From NCBI GenBank assembly GCA_018436095.1, contig JAHDMJ010000019.1, positions 3,841 through 67,840 of the forward strand: DNA of 64,000 bases. Reading direction: 5' to 3'. A program made the position numbers and the translations under genes. The notes beneath the pieces are model-generated. The model saw nothing but the letters and a program-made list of their open reading frames with translations. It was not told the DNA's origin and ran no database searches. Below, piece after piece: positions 17,033 to 27,400 of the stretch. Each line of letters starts with the position of its first letter. The stretch's first letter is position 1. The stretch comes from Clostridia bacterium (GTDB lineage Bacteria > Bacillota > Peptococcia > DRI-13 > UBA5745).

Positions 17033-18043
17033 ATGAACGACCAAATCCTCCAAGTAAATAATTTAAAAACTTACTTTTTTACTGCCAGCGGCACGGCCAA
17101 GGCGGTGGACGGAGTCAGCTTTACCATGAATCGGGGCCAGATCATGGGTATTGTGGGCGAATCCGGGTCCGGCAAAAGCGTCACTGCTTCCTCCTTGATC
17201 CGTTTGCTGCCCAAAACGGGCAGCATTGTGGATGGCGAAGTGATTTTTGACGGCCACGATATGCGGCGGATCGCCAACCGGGAGCTGCTGAAGCTGCGGG
17301 GCAGTGAGATTTCCATGATCTTTCAGGACCCCATGACCTCTCTGGATCCCGTGTTTAAGATCGGTGATCAGATGATCGAGCTGATCCGCACCCACAAAAA
17401 CCTCAGTCAGCAGGAGGCTTACCGCACCGCCGTGGAAATGCTGCATCTGGTGGGTATTCCGGAGCCGGAAAGCCGGATGAATGCCTATCCCCACGAACTG
17501 TCCGGCGGCATGTGCCAGCGGGTGATCATTGCCATGGCCATTAGCTGCCAGCCGAAGTTCATCATTGCCGACGAGCCTACCACAGCTCTGGACGTAACCG
17601 TACAAGCCCAGATCCTGGGCTTATTAAAAAAACTGCGGGATGAAATGGGCGTCTCCATCCTGATGATCACCCACAACCTGGGTATTGTCTGGGAGATGTG
17701 CGATACGGTAATGGTCATGTATGGCGGCACTACGGTGGAATATACGGAAATGGCCCAGCTTTATGCCAATCCTCTTCACCCCTATACTTGGGGCTTGCTG
17801 GACAGCATGCCCCGCCTGTCGGCGCCACCGGTGGAGGAGCTGAAGGCCATTCCCGGCACACCGCCGGATTTGCGGCTGACCGGCGGCTGCTGCGCCTTTT
17901 ATAACCGCTGCCCCTATATGCGGGAAATCTGCGCCAAAGAAGTACCGCCGCTGGTGGAAGTGGAGCCGGGCCATTTGGTGGCCTGCCACCGCCAAAACGG
18001 CGATAAGACTTTAGTTCGGGGGGAGGTAAATCAGGATGACTGA
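17033..18043 (+). CDS. ABC peptide transporter ATP-binding protein (DppD/OppD-like)
   Basis: Walker A GESGSGKS, signature LSGGMCQR, Walker B IIADEPTTALD, C-terminal oligopeptide-ABC Cys-rich tail. Confidence 0.92.
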   Translation: MNDQILQVNNLKTYFFTASGTAKAVDGVSFTMNRGQIMGIVGESGSGKSVTASSLIRLLPKTGSIVDGEVIFDGHDMRRIANRELLKLRGSEISMIFQDPMTSLDPVFKIGDQMIELIRTHKNLSQQEAYRTAVEMLHLVGIPEPESRMNAYPHELSGGMCQRVIIAMAISCQPKFIIADEPTTALDVTVQAQILGLLKKLRDEMGVSILMITHNLGIVWEMCDTVMVMYGGTTVEYTEMAQLYANPLHPYTWGLLDSMPRLSAPPVEELKAIPGTPPDLRLTGGCCAFYNRCPYMREICAKEVPPLVEVEPGHLVACHRQNGDKTLVRGEVNQDD

Positions 18044-19046
18044 AGATAAAATGGCCGGAACACCGATTATCCGGATCAAAAACCTGAAAAAGGATTATAA
18101 GATCCGCTCCTCCAAACTGGGCCAGCCCCCTCGTGTTTTACATGCCTTAAGCGGCGTTTCTCTCGATTTATTTCAGGGTGAAACCCTTGGCGTCATCGGC
18201 GAGTCAGGCTGCGGCAAGAGCACCCTGGGCAAATGTCTCGTTCAGCTGACCAGGCCCACTGCCGGCGAAATCCTTTATAACGGCCAGAATCTCTGCGCCT
18301 TATCCAATTCCGCTCTAAAGCCTGTCCGCAAAGAGCTGCAGATGGTTTTTCAGGATCCCTATTCTTCCCTGGATCCCCGCTTTACCACCAAAGCCGCCAT
18401 TGAGGAGCCTTTGATCATCCACGGCTTGGAACGGGACAGCAAAAAGCGGCGGGAAACGGTGCTGGCTATGCTGCGGGAGGTAGGCTTGGACGTGCAGCAC
18501 ATGGACCGCTATCCCCACGAGTTCTCCGGCGGCCAGCGCCAGCGCATCAATGTGGCCCGGGCTTTGGTTTTGCAGCCCAAGGTCATCGTTTGCGACGAGC
18601 CCGTTTCCGCCCTGGACGTTTCGGTACAGGCCCAAGTGCTTAATCTTTTCAGCTCTCTGCAAAAAAGGCATAACCTTACCTATATTTTTATTTCCCATGA
18701 TCTGAGCGTAATCAAGCATATCAGCGACCGGGTGGCTATCATGTATCTGGGCACGGTGGTGGAGCTCTGTGATGCCGACGAGATTTATCAAAACCCCCGG
18801 CATCCTTATACCAAGGCTCTTTTATCGGCCATTCCGCCGGATTCCCCCTTTGAAAAAGCCCAAAAGCTCACCCTTTCCGGCGAAATACCCAGTCCTATCG
18901 GCGATTTGACAGGCTGCCCCCTGGCGGGCCGCTGCCCGGAACGGATGCCGGTCTGCTCCCAAAAACGGCCGGCTCTCAAGGAGATTTCTCCCGGCCACCG
19001 GGCTGCCTGCTTTCTCTACCACCAGGAGGAATACGCCGAGGAATAA
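18036..19046 (+). CDS. ABC peptide transporter ATP-binding protein (DppF/OppF-like)
   Basis: Walker A GESGCGKS, signature FSGGQRQR, Walker B IVCDEPVSALD. 8-bp overlap with the upstream gene. Confidence 0.92.
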   Translation: MTEDKMAGTPIIRIKNLKKDYKIRSSKLGQPPRVLHALSGVSLDLFQGETLGVIGESGCGKSTLGKCLVQLTRPTAGEILYNGQNLCALSNSALKPVRKELQMVFQDPYSSLDPRFTTKAAIEEPLIIHGLERDSKKRRETVLAMLREVGLDVQHMDRYPHEFSGGQRQRINVARALVLQPKVIVCDEPVSALDVSVQAQVLNLFSSLQKRHNLTYIFISHDLSVIKHISDRVAIMYLGTVVELCDADEIYQNPRHPYTKALLSAIPPDSPFEKAQKLTLSGEIPSPIGDLTGCPLAGRCPERMPVCSQKRPALKEISPGHRAACFLYHQEEYAEE

Positions 19047-19129
19047 GAAAAATTGAAATGGACGGCGGGACCAGGCGAAAAGAAGGTTGGCGGCCGCCGC
19101 TTATGTTTTGAGAGGAAGTGTCTTGATAA

Positions 19130-20383
19130 ATGTCTATGAAAGAAACGCTGCACCAACAGGTTATTGAGCGCCAACAGGAGCTGGTGCAATTGGTCTCCGG
19201 CCTGCTGCGCATCCCCAGCGAAAATCCCGACGGCGAGCAGCTCACCGTTATCCGTTTTGTAGAAGACTACCTGAAAGCCTCCGGTATTTCTTATGAGCGG
19301 GTGGCGGTAAACCCTGACCATCCCTGCGTATTGGCCAAAATGGGCAGCGATGAGGGCTTCAGCATCATCCTCAACGGCCATGTAGACGTGGTACCTGCCG
19401 GCAATCGCAGCGGCTGGAAGTTTGACCCCTTTTGCGGCGATGTGGTAGACGGCAAAATCCGGGGCCGGGGAGCCTCAGATATGAAAGCCGGCGTAGCCGG
19501 ACTTTTGTTTACCATGCGGCTGCTGCAGCAGTCCGGCGCCAAGCTGGGCGGCAACATTCGCCTGCATATTGTCTCCGATGAAGAAACCACCGGTATTTAT
19601 GGCACCAGTTGGCTCTGCGCCAATGGCTATGCCGACGGCGGCGACGCCTGCTTAGTAGCGGAGCCTACTTCCTTTGACAATATCGAAATTGGCCAGAAGG
19701 GTATTTGCCATTTGAAGCTAATCGCCCGGGGTATTCCTGCCCACGGCAGCATCGGCAATTATGTAGGGGACAATGCGATTATCAAGCTGGCGAAGGTGCT
19801 CATCCATATCGACGACCTGACCAAGGTACCGGGTCATTTTGAGGCCAGTCAAGCCAAAGCATTGGAAAATTCCCTTTATATTGCAAAACAAGCCTTGGGA
19901 GAAAGGGGCCAAAATGCCATCGATCACCTGACGGCCAATGTGGGCCTGATCAGCGGCGGTACGAAAATTAATATGGTGCCCGATTACTGCGAAGCGGTGG
20001 TGGATATGCGCCTGCCCATCGGCATCAAAAAAGAAGAGATTCAGGCGGCGGTAGAAGAACTGATTGCCAAAAGCGGTGTAGAGGGAGTGGAGGCGGAGCT
20101 GGCCTTTAAAGCCGAAGCCAATCACACCGACTATGACGCCGCCATCGTCAAAGCCGTCCATGGCCACGCCGAAAAAATCTGGAACGCGACAGTGCGTCCC
20201 GCCTATCAGTGGGCCTCCAGCGACGCCAAATATTACCGGGAGCTGGGTATTCCCACTATTCAATTTGGCCCCGCCAACCTGGCGGGAATCCACGGCTACA
20301 ATGAGGATGTGGATGTGGAGGATGTGGTGCATTCCGCCGAAATTTATATGCTGACCTTTTGCGATCTATTGGGAATCGAGTAA
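19130..20383 (+). CDS. M20-family ArgE/DapE/ACY1-type deacylase
   Basis: LNGHVDVVPAG, GRGASDMKAG and SDEETTG motifs, 417 aa. Confidence 0.85.
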   Translation: MSMKETLHQQVIERQQELVQLVSGLLRIPSENPDGEQLTVIRFVEDYLKASGISYERVAVNPDHPCVLAKMGSDEGFSIILNGHVDVVPAGNRSGWKFDPFCGDVVDGKIRGRGASDMKAGVAGLLFTMRLLQQSGAKLGGNIRLHIVSDEETTGIYGTSWLCANGYADGGDACLVAEPTSFDNIEIGQKGICHLKLIARGIPAHGSIGNYVGDNAIIKLAKVLIHIDDLTKVPGHFEASQAKALENSLYIAKQALGERGQNAIDHLTANVGLISGGTKINMVPDYCEAVVDMRLPIGIKKEEIQAAVEELIAKSGVEGVEAELAFKAEANHTDYDAAIVKAVHGHAEKIWNATVRPAYQWASSDAKYYRELGIPTIQFGPANLAGIHGYNEDVDVEDVVHSAEIYMLTFCDLLGIE

Positions 20384-20409
20384 TAACTGCCTTAGGATAA
20401 AAAAGAAAA

Positions 20410-20445
20410 ACAGCTTGCAGAATACGTGTCTGCAAGCTGTTTTTG
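20410..20445. terminator. Bidirectional intrinsic terminator
   Basis: Perfect 12-bp stem acagcttgcaga/tctgcaagctgt with a 7-nt loop. A-tract upstream and ttttgtt downstream; between convergent genes. Confidence 0.8.
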
Positions 20446-20478
20446 TTATGCATTATATGGCCGAAGCTTCCCTAAGTC

Positions 20479-22077
20479 TTACCAGGCCGACAAATAATCC
20501 TCATCCATCTCCTGCTGGCCGGTCTTGACGATGTCCTCAAGGCCGGAGGGATCGTAAGGACTCAGGCCTTCGCCGGTAATCACCACATAGCCCTTAGTTT
20601 CTTCGGTTTCCGGAGAATAAGCCACACTGTAGCCTAATTTTCTCAATTCCCGCAGGGGCAGCAGCACACCTCTGTAAGGATCGTCTCTGTGGTCCACAGC
20701 CACTTTGGCATCCCGGACTAAATATAGCTGGCCGGCGGCACTATCAAAGGCATAATCCTCGCCAAACATAGCGCAAACGGTGGCAACAGGCATATAAGCT
20801 ACGCCGTCTTCAATAGTCAGGGCATCCCAATCCCAGTCGATTCCCGCTTCTTTGATCAGCGTGATATCGGCATAATTAAAGCCTGAGGGATCATAGTTTT
20901 CCCATGTAATCACCGCTGCCGAAACAGGGTTCATTTCATAAGCAATCTTTTCCTGTCTCTTGATGAATTCCGCCATGGTTATGACGTTTTGAGGAGCTGC
21001 CATCCGGCTAAAGGAAGCGGCTTCTTTCGTCTTGCTCTCAATCGTCATATTCAACAGAGCCTTACCCTCATAAGCAGCTTTGATATCGTATTTACTGATG
21101 TAGCTATTTTCTTTTTTGGTCAGCTCCATATTCAGGACGGAGCCCTGGGTTTTGCTTACCCATTCCTCAGCCAGACCGCTTTCTTTGAGCTGGGTAACGA
21201 TTTCTTCCAGCCCGGTCTTAAGCTCCTTACGGAAATTGGGATCCTTCAGAAATTCTCTTGCCATCTCGGTGTCTTGCTGGTTAACACCCACAAAGGTTTC
21301 CATTAAGAACATCTTGTCAAAAATTCCCATATATCCGTCCAATACCTGATCAATATGGGTGGCGGTATACTCCAGGGTGCGGATCAGCAGGTCTTTCAAA
21401 ACGGCGGTATCCATGGAAATCTGATAGCCGTCTTCGATCTTTTTCACTACTTTGCTGTCCAGTCCCGAGAAGGCATTAACATAAAAATCCTTAACGCTTT
21501 GCAGGAAAGCAGGATCTTGATAGACGGTCATGATGGAGTTCATAGCCTGCATATAAGCATCCATGAAGTCGCCGGGATAATTGACGTCATAGACATCTTC
21601 GGCATCAGGCAGCAAGCTGATCCAATAATCCTTGCCTTCCAGCTCCTCAAAAAGCTTAGCTATACTGGCGGCCTCTGTTTCATCCATCTCGCCAAAGCTG
21701 GCGGCCAGATCAAAAGCAGCCTTAAAATACGCTATATCGCTATAAATTTTGTTGCCGGTCATGAGAATCCGGCCCATGGACTTACTGGAAGCATTATCAA
21801 TAGCTATGCCGAGATTCAACAGGCAATAGGGGTCAGCCGCCTTCGTTGCATCCACATTACCGTCAATGGTAAACTCGAGTTTTTGGAAGGGCAGGGCTTG
21901 GGCCAAATCGCCCTCGGTCTGATTCAAATCGATGACAAAGGAACCTTCCACCTCTGCTTTTTTGATAGCGTTAACGGCCATGGACATTTCCAAATAGCCG
22001 ATATCCTCCGGTGAGCAAGCGCCCAATAACGGAACAAACAGGAAAACCATGAGCATCAGAGCAAGCATCTTCTTCAT
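20479..22077 (-). CDS. Lipoprotein of unknown function with C-terminal copper-amine-oxidase-N-like domain
   Basis: Lipobox LLGACS, 532 aa. The C-terminus (DGVAYMPVATVCAMFGEDYAFDSAAGQLYLV, LLPLRELRKLGYSVAYSPE) resembles the stalk domain in 6837-7913. Confidence 0.6.
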   Translation of the reverse strand: MKKMLALMLMVFLFVPLLGACSPEDIGYLEMSMAVNAIKKAEVEGSFVIDLNQTEGDLAQALPFQKLEFTIDGNVDATKAADPYCLLNLGIAIDNASSKSMGRILMTGNKIYSDIAYFKAAFDLAASFGEMDETEAASIAKLFEELEGKDYWISLLPDAEDVYDVNYPGDFMDAYMQAMNSIMTVYQDPAFLQSVKDFYVNAFSGLDSKVVKKIEDGYQISMDTAVLKDLLIRTLEYTATHIDQVLDGYMGIFDKMFLMETFVGVNQQDTEMAREFLKDPNFRKELKTGLEEIVTQLKESGLAEEWVSKTQGSVLNMELTKKENSYISKYDIKAAYEGKALLNMTIESKTKEAASFSRMAAPQNVITMAEFIKRQEKIAYEMNPVSAAVITWENYDPSGFNYADITLIKEAGIDWDWDALTIEDGVAYMPVATVCAMFGEDYAFDSAAGQLYLVRDAKVAVDHRDDPYRGVLLPLRELRKLGYSVAYSPETEETKGYVVITGEGLSPYDPSGLEDIVKTGQQEMDEDYLSAW

Positions 22078-22154
22078 TTTCAGTATCCACTCCTTTTTTA
22101 TAATATTAATATTTATCTATAATTGATAAATATTAGTACAACTATCTGATCATT

Positions 22155-22706
22155 CTAATCATTGAACACTAACGATTGATTCCAGAGGCTGGCGGCGTGG
22201 CCGAAGGGGAAGTATATAAACAAAGCCTGGCCTTTAACGTCGCTTTCGTCGATGCAGCCCCAGGAGCGGGAGTCCTGGGAATAATTGCGGTTGTCTCCCA
22301 TTAAGAACAATTTGCCCTCCGGCACGGTAAACTCAGGGAAGTCTGAACGCATAGGCTCATTAAGGTATGGCTCGGCCACCGCCCGGCCATTGACATAAAG
22401 CTGGCCTTCTTCAATAGAGATCACATCGCCGCCCATGCCGATAAGGCGCTTGACCAAGTGGTCATCCCGGCCTGTCTGCTCCGGCGCTAAAAAAGTGATG
22501 ATCATTCCCCGGTGCAGGTTGCCAAACCGGGGGGTTAACTTCTCTACATATAGACGGTCGTCTACCATAATCGTAGGAACCATGGAAGGGGTGGGTACGT
22601 ATCTGGGTTCAATAACGAAAGTCCGCAAGATTAGGGCAATAGCCACGGCTGAGGCAAGCAATATCACCCATTCTTTGATCTCTTTTAAATTCAGGGAAAA
22701 CACCAA
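22155..22706 (-). CDS. lepB: Signal peptidase I (S26)
   Basis: PTPSMVPTI (catalytic Ser), KRLIGMGGD (Lys) and GDNRNYSQDSRSWG boxes. Confidence 0.9.
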   Translation of the reverse strand: MVFSLNLKEIKEWVILLASAVAIALILRTFVIEPRYVPTPSMVPTIMVDDRLYVEKLTPRFGNLHRGMIITFLAPEQTGRDDHLVKRLIGMGGDVISIEEGQLYVNGRAVAEPYLNEPMRSDFPEFTVPEGKLFLMGDNRNYSQDSRSWGCIDESDVKGQALFIYFPFGHAASLWNQSLVFND

Positions 22707-22810
22707 CTTTCTCCGTCAGGTATAAACCGCATTTGTTATCCATTATATGATAGGCGGGGAGAGAATAAAAGGTCAAAATAGAAATAGCTAGGAATTGGCA
22801 GCGCATCCAT

Positions 22811-24250
22811 TTAGCGGATGGCCTCGCCCACCCGGTGAACTTTGATCAGATTGGTAGAGCCGGTCTTACCCACAGGAATGCCGGCGGTAATGATCACCAG
22901 GTCGCCGGGGGCAACGTAACCGGCCTGGCAGGCCGCATCCAAAGCGGTGGCAATCAATTCGTCCGTATCGTTGTTTTGCTGAACCAGAAGGGGAATCACT
23001 CCCCAGCTAAGCATCAACTGCCGGCGTACAGTGGCGATAGGTGTGGTGGCCACAATAGGAGCCCTGGGCCGGAAACGGGAAACCTGGCGGGCGGTAAATC
23101 CGGCCTGAGTAGACGTCAGTATAGCCTTGGCTTGAATTTTTTCGGCCAACAGGCAGGCGGCCCGGGCTACAGAGTCGCTGGTAGGATCGTTGACATTATC
23201 CATATTATTGAAATGATGTTCAAACTGTTGCCGCCAGATTCTGGAGGCTTCCGTGTGCTCGGCAATTCGGGCCATGGTGGTGACTGACTCGATGGGATAC
23301 GGCCCGGCAGCCGTCTCGCCGGAAAGCATAATGGCGTCGGTACCGTCCAATATGGCATTGGCTACGTCACTGGCTTCCGCTCTTGTGGGGCGGGGATTGC
23401 GCATCATTGAATCCAGCATCTGGGTGGCGGTGATTACCGGCTTGCCGGCCAGGTTGCAGAGGCGAATCATTTCTTTCTGCATCATGGGCAGTTCTTCGGC
23501 AGGCACTTCCACGCCCAAATCCCCCCGGGCCACCATTACGCCGTCGGCATATTGCAGGATTTCCTGCATCTGGCTGACACCCTGCTGGCTTTCGATTTTA
23601 GCTACGATAAATTGTTTGCCGCCTAAATGGTCCAGCCAGGCCCGGATGCTTTTGACGTCTTCGGCGTTGCGGACGAAGCTGGCGGCAATGATGTCCACGC
23701 CTTGCTCCACGCCAAAGCGCAGATCCTCCCGGTCTTTTTCCGTCAGCACGGGAAAGGGCAGTTCCGCACCGGGCACATTGACGCCCCGGCGGTTGGTAAG
23801 GCAGCCGCCGTCCACAACCCGGCACTGAATATCCTCATCTCCGGCTTCAAGGGCCTCTAAGCGAATGAGGCCGTCGTCCAGCAGAATGTTTTGGCCGGGT
23901 TTGATGGAAGCAGGCAACTGGCTGTAACTGATGGAAACCTGGGTGTTGTCCCCTTCTACCGCCTTGGTGGTCAGAGAAAAGGCTTGTCCCGCCTTCAAGG
24001 ATACCCGTCCGTCTCTGACAGCGCCGGTGCGGATCTCCGGGCCGGAGGTATCTAAGAGCAGGGCGGCGTCAATACCCGTCTCCTGCTGAGCCTGCCGCAA
24101 AAGAGCAATGCGGCGGGCATGTTCTTCATGGGTGCCGTGGGAAAAATTAAGGCGAGCTACATTCATGCCGGACTGTAAAAGGCTTTTCAATATATCCAGG
24201 GAATCGGTGGCCGGCCCCAAAGTACAGATAATACGGGTTTTGCGAAGCAT
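22811..24250 (-). CDS. pyk: Pyruvate kinase
   Basis: KTRIICTLGPAT, NVARLNFSHG, VMVARGDLGVE, ATQMLDSM motifs. 479 aa, no PEP-utiliser extension. Confidence 0.95.
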   Translation of the reverse strand: MLRKTRIICTLGPATDSLDILKSLLQSGMNVARLNFSHGTHEEHARRIALLRQAQQETGIDAALLLDTSGPEIRTGAVRDGRVSLKAGQAFSLTTKAVEGDNTQVSISYSQLPASIKPGQNILLDDGLIRLEALEAGDEDIQCRVVDGGCLTNRRGVNVPGAELPFPVLTEKDREDLRFGVEQGVDIIAASFVRNAEDVKSIRAWLDHLGGKQFIVAKIESQQGVSQMQEILQYADGVMVARGDLGVEVPAEELPMMQKEMIRLCNLAGKPVITATQMLDSMMRNPRPTRAEASDVANAILDGTDAIMLSGETAAGPYPIESVTTMARIAEHTEASRIWRQQFEHHFNNMDNVNDPTSDSVARAACLLAEKIQAKAILTSTQAGFTARQVSRFRPRAPIVATTPIATVRRQLMLSWGVIPLLVQQNNDTDELIATALDAACQAGYVAPGDLVIITAGIPVGKTGSTNLIKVHRVGEAIR

Positions 24251-24372
24251 AAGGTGAGCCTCCTATAATAGTTTAAACGCGGGAAAACGAAGGTATTGAT
24301 ATATTGTATCATTATTGGCCCGGGGATAAAAGTGCTTTACGTAAACAGAGTGTAAAAACAGGGGAAGGTCAT

Positions 24373-24400
24373 TTGGAGAAAAGCAAATATATGGTATAAT
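24373..24400 (+). promoter_or_regulatory. Sigma-A promoter of purL (extended -10)
   Basis: TTGGAG (24373-24378), 16 nt, TGgTATAAT (24392-24400). Confidence 0.55.
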
Positions 24401-24452
24401 AAATAATAAGTATTTGCCATTGTGAAGGAGCGTGGGGACAATAAACAGCGTT

Positions 24453-27400
24453 ATGCGGGCGTTCATCGAAAAAAAGCCCGGTGCCGACGGAGAGGCCCGG
24501 GATTTGCTGAAGGATATCCGGGAAAATCTTGAGCTGAAAAACCTGGCCGGTCTGCGGATAGCCGTCCGCTACGATGTGGAGGGCTTGACGGCAGAGGAGT
24601 TTGACAGCGCCTGCCGGCAGATTTTTTGTGAAAAACCCGTGGACAGGCTTTTTAAAGAAGAATTGCCCTTGGATGAGGATGAGCTGGCTCTGACCGTGGA
24701 ATATTTGCCGGGCCAATATGATCAAAGGGCCGACAGCGCCGCCCAATGTATACAGCTTCTTACGCTTAAAGAGCAGCCTATGGTGCGTACAGCTAAAGTT
24801 TACGTTCTCAAAGGACTGCTTTTGCCGGCGGAAATCGAGGCCTTTCGCAAATACTGCGTCAATCCGGTGGATTCCCGGATAGCCTCGGCGGATAAGCCGG
24901 CCACCTTGGCCCAGGAGTTGGCCCCGCCGCCGGATGTACCGGTATTGCAGGGTTTTTCCTCCTTGGATCAAACCGGCCTGGAAAGCTTTCACCGCCAATA
25001 CGGTTTGTCCATGTCCCTGGCAGATTTGGCTTTTTGCCAGGAGTATTTTCAGAAAGAAGGCAGAGACCCCAGCCTGACGGAGCTTCGGGTTATCGATACC
25101 TATTGGTCCGATCATTGCCGCCATACTACCTTCAATACCGTCATCGAAGAATATACAGTGGAGGAAGGCCCCTATCAACAGCTTTTTGAAGAGGCTATCC
25201 TGAATTATCTTAATCTGCGCCGTCAGGCGGTTGGCGAAAACCGTCCTCTGTCGCTGATGGATATGGCTACCGTCAATACCAGGGCTCTGCGCCGCTCAGG
25301 GAACTTGGAGGATCTGGACGTCTCCGAGGAAATCAACGCCTGCAGCATTAAAGTATGGGCCGACACAGACAAGGGCCGGGAGCCCTGGCTGGTGATGTTC
25401 AAAAACGAAACCCACAATCATCCTACGGAAATCGAGCCCTTTGGCGGCGCCGCCACCTGTATCGGCGGAGCCATCCGGGATCCTCTTTCCGGCCGGTCTT
25501 ACGTCTATCAGGCCATGCGGGTAACCGGCGCTGCCAATCCCCTGGAGCCGGTGGCAGATACGCTGCCGGGAAAGCTGCCCCAACGCACCATTACCAGACA
25601 GGCGGCAGCGGGCTACAGCAGCTACGGCAATCAAATCGGCCTGGCTACCGGCTTAGTGGACGAGGTCTATCATCCCGGCTACAAAGCCAAGCGCATGGAA
25701 ATCGGCGCTGTGGTAGGGGCTGCACCTGCCGCCAATGTAATTCGGGAAACACCCCGGGAGGGTGACCTGGTGCTTTTGTTGGGGGGCCGTACCGGCCGTG
25801 ACGGCTGCGGCGGCGCCACCGGTTCCAGCAAAGCCCATGATGAGCAGAGCATCGAGACATCCGGCGCCGAGGTCCAAAAAGGCAACGCCCCCACGGAACG
25901 CAAGCTCCAGCGTTTATACCGCAATCCGGATTTCTCCCGGCTGATTAAACGCTGCAATGACTTCGGCGCCGGCGGCGTCAGCGTTGCTATTGGCGAATTG
26001 GCCCCCAGCCTGGACATTGACCTGGATAAAGTACCGAAAAAATACGAAGGCTTAGACGGAACGGAGCTGGCTATTTCCGAATCCCAGGAGAGGATGGCCA
26101 TCGTCATTGCTCCCGATTCCTTGGAAAAGGTCTTGGCTTTAGCTGCCGCCGAAAACCTGGAGGCTACCGTGGTTGCCGGCATCGCCGGCCATGGCCGCAT
26201 GAAGATGACCTGGCGGGGCAAGGAGATCGTCAATCTGTCCCGGCAATTTCTGGATAGCGCCGGCGTCAGCCAGAAAACGAAAGTACTGATCCGGCAGCCC
26301 TCGGAATACAACTATATTCTCCGGGAAAGCAAGAGGCTGCGGCAAAGGGCCGGCCAGCTCAAGGACGCCTGGCTCAATGCTATGAGCGATTTGAATATTT
26401 GCAGTAAAAAAGGGCTGATCCAACACTTTGACAGCTCCATCGGTGTCGGCAGCCCTTTATTCCCCTTGGGAGGCAGCAGGCAGGAGACGCCGGCCCTAGC
26501 CATGGTATCAAAATTACCGGTACAGTCCGGGGATACCTCTACCTGCACCTGGATGAGCTACGGCTTTGATCCCGGCCTTTCCCAGTGGAGCCCCTTTCAC
26601 GGCGGTATGTATGCCGTGGTGGATGCTTTGACAAAGCTGGCCGTCAGCGGCGGCGATCCTTTTAAAGCCCGAATGTCTTTCCAGGAATACTTTCCCCGTC
26701 TGGGCCAGGATCCGGCCAAATGGGGCCTGCCCATGGCGGCTTTGCTGGGGACTCAGGTGGCCATGAGCGCTTTTCAGGTACCGGCCATCGGCGGCAAAGA
26801 CAGCATGTCCGGGACCTTTCAGGATCTGGAGGTACCGCCTACCTTATGCGTTTTCGCCCTTTCTGCAGGCCACATCGATGATGTGATTTCCCCGGAATGG
26901 AAGAAACCCGGCAATATGCTGGTGCTTTTTCCGGCGGTTTTCGATGATAATGGCTGCCCGGATATAGAAGGGATAAAAAGTACTTTCCGTTTTATTCAAA
27001 AATACAGGAAGCGTATTCATTCCGCCAGCACTTTAGGGCAGGGAGGGCTTTTGGCCGCTTTGGCCAAATCCGCCTTTGGCAACAATCTGGGAGCAGATAT
27101 TTATGTGTATATGAAAGAAGAGCATCTTTTTGCAGCGGCTTATGGCTCGGTGCTGCTGGAGTTTGATCCTGACCTGCCGGCGGAGGAGATATTTGTCAAA
27201 GGCGGCATGATTCTCGGGGAAATCATTAAGGAGCCGGCAATCACGATAGAGCTTCCCCTCTTCCCCGAAGATGAATCTGACGAAACGGATAGCTGGGAAG
27301 AACCGGATGAGGATGAAGAAATCACCCTGACTCTTCCCCTGGAAGAATTGCGGCAGGCTTGGAGCCGGACCCTGGAGCCGGCATTTCCCACCAAGGCGGC

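Noticed and set aside
22609-22806. 65-aa minus-strand ORF between pyk and lepB.
   Set aside because: It overlaps the lepB 5' end out of frame and has no RBS or recognisable domain.
24251-24452. Purine riboswitch or PurR box upstream of purL.
   Set aside because: The leader after the best promoter is 50 nt or less, too short for a purine aptamer. No UAUAAUCGCGUGGAUAUGGCACGCA-like core was found. Only a weak AAACGAAGG resemblance to a PurBox is present.
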